This document shows positions 55,076 through 62,367 of a stretch of 62,367 nucleotides of DNA, one piece after another (the stretch's first letter is position 1; every line of letters begins with the position of its first letter). The DNA lies in the NCBI GenBank assembly GCA_023406225.1, contig JAEXWS010000033.1, positions 1-62,367 of the forward strand, read 5' to 3'. The position numbers were made by a program, and so were the translations under genes. The notes beneath the pieces are model-generated. The model saw nothing but the letters and a program-made list of their open reading frames with translations, was not told where the DNA came from and did no database searches. Source of the DNA: Bacillota bacterium (lineage in GTDB: Bacteria; Bacillota; Clostridia; Oscillospirales; Oscillospiraceae).

Positions 55076-55900
55076 TCATTCCGATTTTTGAAACACGTGG
55101 ATGCGGAAGGCGGTGCGCACAGAGAGCCGGTCCAGCGCCGCCAGCCGCGCCGCCCCGGCCTTCGGCGTTTTCCAATAATAGGGCGTCATTTGAAACAGCG
55201 CCGCGATATCCGCCCGGCAGGGCAGGTCGATCCGCCCCTCCACCGGGACCACCGCCTCGTAGGAAAAGCCCCCGTAAGGCGTTTCCTTCTCCTCGTTGGG
55301 ATAGGGCCGGTCATAGAGGACCTCCTTCAGCTCCCACAGGTGGTCCGCCGCGGGCACCACGTACAAAAACGAGCCGCCGGGGCGGAGGACCCGCCGGAAC
55401 TCGTCCAGCGCCAGGGGGGAGAAGCAGTCCAGCAGCAGCTCCACGCTCCCGTCCCCCAAGGGCAGGTGGTAGGAGGAGGCCACGGCGAACTCCACGCCCT
55501 TTTCCAGCTTCGCGGCGGAGCGGAGGATGGGCTTGGAGATGTCGGTCCCCGCCATCCGGGGCGTTTTTCCCGCCTGGATGAGGGCCCGGTAGATGCCCGC
55601 GGTGTAATATCCCTCCCCGCAGCCCGCGTCCAGCACCGCCGGGGCCGCTCCGGTATGGGAGAGGGCCAGGGCGCACAGCGCGTCCAGCAGGGGGCGGTAA
55701 TACCCCTTGGAGAGAAAGGCCCGCCGAGCCGCGGCCATGCCCTTGTCGTCCCCGGGGGCGGCGGAGTGCTTTTGGTTGGGGGGCAACAGATAGGTATAGC
55801 CCTCTTTGGCGATGTCGTAGCTGTGGCCGGCGGGGCAGCGGCAGGCCCGCGCCTCCCGCGTCAGCGGCGCTTTGCAGACGGGGCAGCAAAAAAGGCTCAT
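55076..55900 (-). CDS. RlmA-like 23S rRNA m1G methyltransferase
   Basis: Zn finger CPVC...C..GH, YDIAKEGY, GDDK.M..ARR.FL..GYY, DAGCGEGYY and MTPYYW. Confidence 0.85.
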   Translation of the reverse strand: MSLFCCPVCKAPLTREARACRCPAGHSYDIAKEGYTYLLPPNQKHSAAPGDDKGMAAARRAFLSKGYYRPLLDALCALALSHTGAAPAVLDAGCGEGYYTAGIYRALIQAGKTPRMAGTDISKPILRSAAKLEKGVEFAVASSYHLPLGDGSVELLLDCFSPLALDEFRRVLRPGGSFLYVVPAADHLWELKEVLYDRPYPNEEKETPYGGFSYEAVVPVEGRIDLPCRADIAALFQMTPYYWKTPKAGAARLAALDRLSVRTAFRIHVFQKSE

Positions 55901-57285
55901 GCCTCCGCCCCCCGCGTCACGTCGTTGATCCATTTCCGGCTCCGAAGCCGGAAAACGCCCCAGGGCATCTTACACAGGTTCTCCGTCTGGATGGAGAGGC
56001 ACACCAGCGTCACCGGCGCGTTCAGCACCAGGCCCGTCAGGGCGGTGAGGGGCACCGCCACGCACCAAAGGGGCGTCAGGTCGATGACGGAGGCCATCCG
56101 GGCGTCGCCGCCCGCCCGGAGAAGGCCGGTGATGTTGGTGATGTCAAAGGCCTTTAGGGGCATCATGAAGATATACACCGTGCACATGGTGACGGCGATC
56201 TGCAGCGCCAGTCCCTCCAGGTGGAACAGGGGATAGAGGTGGGGGATGAACAGCGTGGGCAGGGCCGCGGCCAGACACGCCGCCACCACCGCGCCCACCA
56301 GCAGCGACACGGTGAGCAGGCAGCATCCCAGGGAATAGACCTCCTCCTTTTTCGCGCCCTCTCCGATGCGTTTTCCCACGATGACGGCGGTGGCGCCCGC
56401 CACGCCGAAGCAGGTCACGGTGGAGAACTTGTCGATGTTGCCCATGATGGCGTAAGCCGCCAGCATCTCCGTGGAGACGGCCATGTGGCCCATGATGGAG
56501 GTCATGACGGTGGTGCCCAGGCCCCAGAGCGTCTCGTTGAGGATGACGGGGGTGGAGTATTTCACAAAGCTGCGCAAAAACGCCCTGCCGGGGCGGAACA
56601 GGGCGGCGGGCCGCAGGGGCAGGCGGCGGCAACGCAGGGCGTAGACCGTTACGATGGCGAACTCCACGATGCGGGAGGTCAGCGTGGCGATGGCCGCGCC
56701 GGTGACGCCCAGAGCGGGCGCGCCGAATTTGCCGAAGATGAAGATGTAGTTCAAAAGCGTGTTCAGCAGCATGGAGATCGCAAAGACCACCATGCCCATG
56801 GCGGGATTTTCGATGCTGCGCTGCATCCCCACGTACACGGAGCTGACGGCGTTGAACACATAGCTCACGCCCACGATGCGCAGATACGGCGCGCCGATCT
56901 CGATGAGGAGAAGGTTGTCCGTCACCAGGCCCATGACCTCCCGGGGGAACAGAAACAGCGCCAGGGCCATGACCCCAGCGATGAGGAAGCCCGCGTACAT
57001 GGCCACCCCCATGCAGCGGTTGATGGCGTCCTCGTCGCCCTTGCCCCAGTATTGGCTCACCAGAACGGTGAGGCCGCTGATGAGGCCGAAGACGATGACC
57101 TGGATCAGGAAGATGGGGGCGTTGGCGGCGGTGACGGCGGAGAGCTCGTTGTTGCCGAGAAGGCCCACCATGAATGTGTCCACAAAGCCCAGGGAGGTGG
57201 TGATGAGGTTTTGCAGGATCAGGGGCAGGGCCAGCAGCCACATGCGCTTGTAAAAGCCCCGCTCCCGGCGAAGAAAGTGAAACAT
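55897..57285 (-). CDS. MATE family efflux transporter
   Basis: Motifs LALPLILQN, VDTFMVG, GVTGAAIAT and LRAGGDA; about 12 TM segments. Confidence 0.9.
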   Translation of the reverse strand: MFHFLRRERGFYKRMWLLALPLILQNLITTSLGFVDTFMVGLLGNNELSAVTAANAPIFLIQVIVFGLISGLTVLVSQYWGKGDEDAINRCMGVAMYAGFLIAGVMALALFLFPREVMGLVTDNLLLIEIGAPYLRIVGVSYVFNAVSSVYVGMQRSIENPAMGMVVFAISMLLNTLLNYIFIFGKFGAPALGVTGAAIATLTSRIVEFAIVTVYALRCRRLPLRPAALFRPGRAFLRSFVKYSTPVILNETLWGLGTTVMTSIMGHMAVSTEMLAAYAIMGNIDKFSTVTCFGVAGATAVIVGKRIGEGAKKEEVYSLGCCLLTVSLLVGAVVAACLAAALPTLFIPHLYPLFHLEGLALQIAVTMCTVYIFMMPLKAFDITNITGLLRAGGDARMASVIDLTPLWCVAVPLTALTGLVLNAPVTLVCLSIQTENLCKMPWGVFRLRSRKWINDVTRGAEA

Positions 57286-57589
57286 AATCTACCGTTCCTT
57301 AATTTTAAAGTCGTTGTCCGCCCCGGGCGCGGGGGGAGAGGCTCCGGTTTCCCCGGCCCTTTGGCCGCCGGAGAAAGAAGCGGACGCCGTCATGCCCGGC
57401 GGGAGACAAGGGGGATCGCCGCAAAGCGGCAAGAGAAGCCGCCCCGGGGCGTGCGCCCGCCGAACGTTCCCGCGGCCCGTTTGCCTCCGGGGCAAAGGCC
57501 CCGGTCCGCCTTTTGGGTCCCCGCCAAAACCCGCCGGTTTTGACGGAGAGTAGGGAAGTTCGGGGAAGAGGCCCTCCCCCCGGAAATCC

Positions 57590-58720
57590 TCACAGCATCG
57601 GCATCCGCTCGTCGTGGTGCCGCAGCAGCGCCTCCGCGCAGGCGTCGATGTCCCCGGCGGCGGTCTCCGGCCCGAAGCTCAGACGGATCACCCCCGCCGC
57701 CGCCCGCTTGGGCAGCTTCAGGGCCGCCACCACGTGGCTGGGCCTGCCCTGGTGGCAGGCGGACCCGGCGGAGATGCAGATGCCCCGGCTCCCCAGGTCG
57801 TTGACGATGTTCTGGCTGGGCCAGCCCTCCAGGGCGGCGGCCAGGATGTGGGGCGCGCCGCCGCCGATAACGCGCAGGTCCGGGATGGCCGAGAGGCGCT
57901 GCACGGCGTAAGACCGCAGCTCCGCCATGCGGCGGAGCGTGTCCTCCAAATGGGCGCACCGCAGCTCCGCCGCCTTGGCGAAGCCCGCGATCTGGGCGGT
58001 GGCCTCCGTGCCGGAGCGCAGGCCGGATTCCTGCCCGCCCCCCGCCAGCAGGGGCCGGGGATTGCGGACCCGGGGCCCGATGTACAGTCCGCCGACGCCC
58101 TTGGGCCCGCCGATCTTGTGGGCGGACACGGCGATGAAGTCCGCGCCCAGGGTCCCGGCGGAGAAGGGGACCTTCAAAAAGCCCTGGACCGCGTCGGTAT
58201 GCAGAAGGGTCTTGGGATTCCTGGCCCGGAGCCCCGCCGCGATCTCGGCGATGGGGAAGACGTTCCCCAGCTCGTTGTTCACCATCATGACGCTGACCAG
58301 CGCCGTGTCCGGTCGCACGGCGTCCAGCACCTGCTGCGCCGTCAGGTCCCCGTTTTCGTCCGGGACCAGGTACGTCACCTCGCACCCCTGCTTTTCCATC
58401 CAGCGGCAGGCCTCCAAAACCGCGCTGTGCTCCACCGCCGTCGTGACGATGTGGCGGCCCAGGTGGCGGTTTTGCCAGCAGGCGGCGGAAACGGCCCAGT
58501 TGTCCGCCTCCGTGCCGCAGGAGGTGAAGAAAAACCGCTCCGGCCCGCAGCCAAGGGCGCCGGCGATGGTCCGCCGCCACGCCTCCACCCGCTTTTTCAT
58601 CTCCTGCCCCAGGGGATACTGGGAACTGGGATTGCCGAAGTCCTCCGTGAGCACTTCATACATGGCGTCCGCCACGGCCCGGGGGACGGGCGTGGTGGCG
58701 GCGTGGTCCAGATAGATCAT
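57590..58720 (-). CDS. Cysteine desulfurase (IscS/NifS group)
   Basis: Motifs YLDHAATT, GNPSS, HTDAVQ, SAHKIGGPKG, RSGT and SAGSAC. Confidence 0.9.
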   Translation of the reverse strand: MIYLDHAATTPVPRAVADAMYEVLTEDFGNPSSQYPLGQEMKKRVEAWRRTIAGALGCGPERFFFTSCGTEADNWAVSAACWQNRHLGRHIVTTAVEHSAVLEACRWMEKQGCEVTYLVPDENGDLTAQQVLDAVRPDTALVSVMMVNNELGNVFPIAEIAAGLRARNPKTLLHTDAVQGFLKVPFSAGTLGADFIAVSAHKIGGPKGVGGLYIGPRVRNPRPLLAGGGQESGLRSGTEATAQIAGFAKAAELRCAHLEDTLRRMAELRSYAVQRLSAIPDLRVIGGGAPHILAAALEGWPSQNIVNDLGSRGICISAGSACHQGRPSHVVAALKLPKRAAAGVIRLSFGPETAAGDIDACAEALLRHHDERMPML

Positions 58721-58837
58721 ATGAAAAACCTCCTGCGGTTGGGGCTTGCCCAACGGCGAAAATACAGATATAATAAACTCCAAATAAGCGCGTTTAAACA
58801 TTATATAAAGGTTTAGCCGAAAGTGCAAGGAGAATCC

Positions 58838-60127
58838 ATGAAAGTCGCCATCTTCACCCTCGGGTGCAAAGTGAATCAGTATGAGACCCAGGCCATGGAG
58901 CAGGAGCTCCGCCGCCGGGGCCACCAGGTCGTGGACTTCGGGGAGGAGGCGGACGCCTACGTGGTGAACACCTGCTCCGTCACGGCGGTCAGCGACCAGA
59001 AATCCCGCCAGATGCTCCACCGCGTCCGCCGGGAGCACCCTGGCGCGGTGGCGGCGGTGTGCGGGTGCTATCCCCAGACCCACGCGGAGGAGATGGGGGA
59101 GCTGGACGCGGACCTGGTGGCGGGCACCGGGGACCGCCGGGGCTTTATCGGCCTTTTGGAGCAGGCCGCGGCGGAAAAGCGCCGCATCGAGGCCATCGAC
59201 CGCTCCTTTGAGCGCCGCACGTTCGAGGTCCTGCCCGCCGGGGGCATGACGGAGCGCACCCGGGCCATGCTGAAGGTGGAGGACGGGTGCGTGAACTTCT
59301 GCGCCTACTGCATCATCCCCTACGCCCGGGGGCCCGTGCGCTCGCTGCCCGCGGCGGCGGCGGCGGAGCAGGCGGCGCGGCTGAAGGCGGACGGCTACCG
59401 GGAGATCGTGCTCACCGGCATCGAGATCTCCTCCTGGGGCCGGGACCTGGGGACCGGACAGAGCCTCGTGGACCTCATCGAGACCGTGTCCGCCGCCGCG
59501 CCGGGCGTCCGCATCCGCCTGGGCAGCCTGGAGCCCCGGACGGTGACGGAGGAATTCTGCCGCCGCTGCGCGGCCCTGCCGGACCTCTGCCCTCAGTTCC
59601 ACCTGTCCCTGCAAAGCGGGTGCGACGCCACGCTGAAGCGGATGAACCGGAAATACGGCACGGAGCGGTATTACGAGTCCGTGGCGCTGCTGAACCGCTA
59701 TTTCCGCCGTCCCGCCGTCACCACGGACCTCATCACCGGCTTTCCGGAGGAGACGGAGGAGGAGTTTGCCCTGACCCTGGCCTTCCTCCGCCGGTGCGGC
59801 TTCGCCCAGATGCATATCTTCCCTTACTCTGTCCGTCCCGGGACCCCGGCGGCGAAGATGGTCCAGGTGCCCAAAAGCGTCCGGGAGGAGCGGGCCCGGC
59901 GGGCGGCGGAGGCTGCCGCCGGGATGCACCGGGCCTATCTGGAGGGCTGTGTGGGAGAGACGTATCCCGTCCTCTTCGAGCAGCCCAAGGAGGGGCGGTT
60001 CTCCGGCCGCGCCCCCAATTACATGGAGGTGCTGGCGGAGGGAGCGGACCTGCATAACGCGGTGAAAAACGTCCGCATCACCGGGACCGACGGAAAAGCG
60101 CTGCTGGGCGAGATACAGGAGGGATGA
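58838..60127 (+). CDS. mtaB: tRNA t6A37 methylthiotransferase
   Basis: Motifs TLGCKVNQYE, NTCSVT, radical SAM CVNFCAYC, VLTGI, HLSLQSG and HIFPYSVRPGT. Confidence 0.92.
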   Translation: MKVAIFTLGCKVNQYETQAMEQELRRRGHQVVDFGEEADAYVVNTCSVTAVSDQKSRQMLHRVRREHPGAVAAVCGCYPQTHAEEMGELDADLVAGTGDRRGFIGLLEQAAAEKRRIEAIDRSFERRTFEVLPAGGMTERTRAMLKVEDGCVNFCAYCIIPYARGPVRSLPAAAAAEQAARLKADGYREIVLTGIEISSWGRDLGTGQSLVDLIETVSAAAPGVRIRLGSLEPRTVTEEFCRRCAALPDLCPQFHLSLQSGCDATLKRMNRKYGTERYYESVALLNRYFRRPAVTTDLITGFPEETEEEFALTLAFLRRCGFAQMHIFPYSVRPGTPAAKMVQVPKSVREERARRAAEAAAGMHRAYLEGCVGETYPVLFEQPKEGRFSGRAPNYMEVLAEGADLHNAVKNVRITGTDGKALLGEIQEG

Positions 60128-60128
60128 T

Positions 60129-60704
60129 ATGAAAAGCCACTTTTTTGCCTATATCTCCCGGATGCGGTTCATCCAGCGCTGGGCGCTGATGCGCAACACC
60201 GCGCCGGAGAACGTCCAGGAGCACAGCCACCAGGTGGCGGTGCTGGCCCACGCGCTGGCGCTCATCCGAAACGAGAAGTTCGGCGGCCATGCGGACCCCG
60301 GGGCCGTGGCGGCGGCGGCGCTGTACCACGACGCGTCGGAGATCTTGACCGGGGACATGCCCACCCCCATCAAGTATGACAATCCCGCCATCCGCAGCGC
60401 CTATAAAGACGTGGAGTCCGTGGCGGTGCAAAAGCTTGAGCAGATGCTGCCCCCGGAGCTGCGGGCCGTTTACGCCCCCATCCTGGAGGGCGGGGATCAG
60501 GAGGCACGGACGCTGGTGAAGGCGGCGGACAAGCTCTCCGCCTACATCAAGTGCGTGGAGGAGCTGAAGGCCGGAAACGCCGAGTTCCGCCAGGCGGCGG
60601 CGGAGACCCGCCGGGTGCTGGAGGGCTACGGCCTGCCGGAGGTGGCCTATTTCATGGACACGTTTATGGACAGCTTCTCCCTGACGCTGGACGAGCTGAA
60701 ATAA
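60129..60704 (+). CDS. yfbR: HD-domain 5'-deoxynucleotidase
   Basis: Motifs RWALMRN..ENVQEHS, YHDASE.LTGDMPTPIKY and VKAADKLSAYIKC. Confidence 0.92.
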   Translation: MKSHFFAYISRMRFIQRWALMRNTAPENVQEHSHQVAVLAHALALIRNEKFGGHADPGAVAAAALYHDASEILTGDMPTPIKYDNPAIRSAYKDVESVAVQKLEQMLPPELRAVYAPILEGGDQEARTLVKAADKLSAYIKCVEELKAGNAEFRQAAAETRRVLEGYGLPEVAYFMDTFMDSFSLTLDELK

Positions 60705-60723
60705 CTGCGGAAGGAGCCAGGAT

Positions 60724-61152
60724 ATGGAGCCGCGTTTTCAAGAGATGCTGGAGACCCGGGGCGCGCTGGAGTGCGCTCTGGTCTATCTGGCCGCGCAGAA
60801 GGCCGTGCCATCGGACGGGGACAAACTGCGCCAGCCCCTCAGCTATGCCATCGCACGGGACATCGACTATCAGCTGGAGCGGGACTTCGACTTTCATCTG
60901 GCCGTGGCGGACATTGCCGCCAACGACTTCCTCCGGCGGAGCCTGCAAAGCCTCATGGAGCAGATCACGGAGTACCTCAGCCGCAACCGGGCGCTTTTGC
61001 CGGAGGTGGACGACCAGTCCGCCATTCAGCACTGGAACATCATGGTGGCCGTCCTGGCCAACGAGCCGGACCGGGCGGAGCAGGCCATGCGCTCCCACAT
61101 GCAGTACGTGACCCGGCTCTACTCCCGGGAGCTGAACCGGGGGCACCTTTGA
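60724..61152 (+). CDS. Stand-alone FCD (GntR ligand-binding) domain protein
   Basis: Motifs E.R.ALE, DFDFHLAV..IA.N.FL, H..I..A and AEQAMRSH; no N-terminal HTH. AAGGAG RBS. Confidence 0.75.
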   Translation: MEPRFQEMLETRGALECALVYLAAQKAVPSDGDKLRQPLSYAIARDIDYQLERDFDFHLAVADIAANDFLRRSLQSLMEQITEYLSRNRALLPEVDDQSAIQHWNIMVAVLANEPDRAEQAMRSHMQYVTRLYSRELNRGHL

Positions 61153-61290
61153 ACCAAGGGAGGGCGCTGCCATGGACCTGGGGCGGATCGACCGGGAATT
61201 GCGGACCCTGCGGGCGCAGCACGGTGGCTGGACGGCGGGGAAATGAGGACAGGACGGCCGGGGAGATTCCCGGCCGTCCTGTTTTTGCGC

Positions 61291-61833
61291 TCATTTTAAA
61301 AACGTCAGCGCCCCGGTCTCCGAGTCCATCACGTATCCGCTGACGGACACATCCCCGGGCATCAGCGGGTGGCGCCGCAGCAGCTCCACCGTCTCCGCCA
61401 CGGAGTCCTCCACCCGGTCGAAGCCCCGGAACCACGTCTCAAAGTCCACATGGCGGGCGGCCTCGTCGATGGCCTCCTGGGAGACGCCCCGCTCCCGGAG
61501 ACGCTCGAGCATGTGCGCCGCGCCGATGCGGGAGACGCCGCAGTCGGTGTGGCCGATGACCAGAACTTCCTCCACCCGCAGGTCCAGGACCGCCACCAGG
61601 AGGCTCCGCACCGCCCCGTCATAAGGTCCGGTGAGCATGCCTCCGGCGTTTTTGATCATGTTTACGTCGCCGTTCCGGATGCCCAGGGCTGCTGGCAGCA
61701 GCTCCACCAGCCGGGTGTCCATGCAGGTGAGGACGGCCAGTCGCTTGCGGGGGTATTTTCCGGCGGAAAACCGTTCATATTCCCGGCTTTCCACAAACTG
61801 GCGGCCGTGCGCCAGCATCTCTTCCGTTACCAT
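61291..61833 (-). CDS. Beta-class carbonic anhydrase
   Basis: Motifs TCMDTRL, IKNAGG and IGHTDCG. Confidence 0.9.
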   Translation of the reverse strand: MVTEEMLAHGRQFVESREYERFSAGKYPRKRLAVLTCMDTRLVELLPAALGIRNGDVNMIKNAGGMLTGPYDGAVRSLLVAVLDLRVEEVLVIGHTDCGVSRIGAAHMLERLRERGVSQEAIDEAARHVDFETWFRGFDRVEDSVAETVELLRRHPLMPGDVSVSGYVMDSETGALTFLK

Positions 61834-61982
61834 GGGAACGTCCCTCTTTTCTTCCAATTTCAAAATGCTTCTGCGCCGGACGGGGAGGCTCCGCGCCCTT
61901 CCGCCGTCAGCGCGGAGAGCCGTCCCGCCCTGTGGGGAGCGCGGCCATCTTCTTCCGGCATACCGTCCCGTTTTCGCTCTGC

Positions 61983-62367
61983 TTAGTTCATCATATCCGC
62001 GCTCTGGGCGAACAGCTCCGTCACCCGCTCCGCCGTGGCGGGCCAGGCGGCAAGCTCCGGGTCCCGGGCCAGCAGATGGTCCGCCGCCGCCTGGGCCTCC
62101 TGCAAAAGCCGGGTGTCGCAGCCCAGGTCCGCCACCCGCAGCCCCGGCAGCCCGTGCTGCCGCTGGCCGAAAAAGTCCCCGGGCCCCCGGAGGCGCAGGT
62201 CCTCCTCCGCGATTTGAAATCCGTCGCTGCTGCGGGTCATCACCTTCAGCCGCGCCCGGGTCTCCTCGTTTTTGCTGTCCGAGATCAGGATGCAGTAGGA
62301 CTGGTGGCGGCCCCGGCCCACCCGGCCCCGGAGCTGGTGGAGCTGGCTCAGGCCGTAACGGTCGGCG
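61983..62367 (-). CDS. recG: ATP-dependent DNA helicase RecG, C-terminal part (runs off the window)
   Basis: Motifs GLSQLHQLRGRVGRG, DGFQIAEEDLRLRGPGDFFG and QHGLP. Confidence 0.92.
   Translation of the reverse strand, partial: ADRYGLSQLHQLRGRVGRGRHQSYCILISDSKNEETRARLKVMTRSSDGFQIAEEDLRLRGPGDFFGQRQHGLPGLRVADLGCDTRLLQEAQAAADHLLARDPELAAWPATAERVTELFAQSADMMN

Noticed and set aside
57290..57589. GC-rich intergenic hairpins as an ncRNA
   Set aside because: Several short imperfect stems, probably degenerate REP-like or terminator sequence. No definable unit or second copy in the window.

Overview
A GC-rich, gene-dense chromosomal window from an anaerobic Firmicute, probably Oscillospiraceae (inferred from gene content and intergenic repeats). 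(1) 1-24 kb is a catabolic block. It holds a radical 2-hydroxyacyl-CoA dehydratase (two subunits plus activator), a family I CoA transferase, a TRAP transporter, sugar-acid/Entner-Doudoroff-type enzymes (KduD, UxaA, DgoK, Eda, two D-2-hydroxyacid dehydrogenases), a sigma-54 activator, a crt-thl-hbd operon, a large STAND/TPR/BTAD regulator and rpoN. (2) 24-31 kb has an XRE/DUF3169 pair, a HAD hydrolase, typA, a serA-like gene, and tRNA-Arg(CCT) followed by three ~155-bp structured repeats. (3) 31-45 kb has three hybrid histidine kinases with no output partner in view, a twin-GntR regulator, a solute-binding lipoprotein and a feoA-feoB operon whose feoB is frameshifted. (4) 45.5-49.4 kb is an Rrf2/HypR-type operon joining a rhodanese-thioredoxin lipoprotein, a CXXC peptide and a membrane Fe-S protein to an RclA/Har-like reductase. 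(5) 50-62 kb has a Bce-type module, a MITE-like element, rlmA-like and MATE genes, a cysteine desulfurase, mtaB-yfbR, an FCD-only protein, a carbonic anhydrase and the 3' end of recG. The two best candidates for undescribed systems are blocks 1 and 4. All calls come from reading motifs by eye; no database searches were run.
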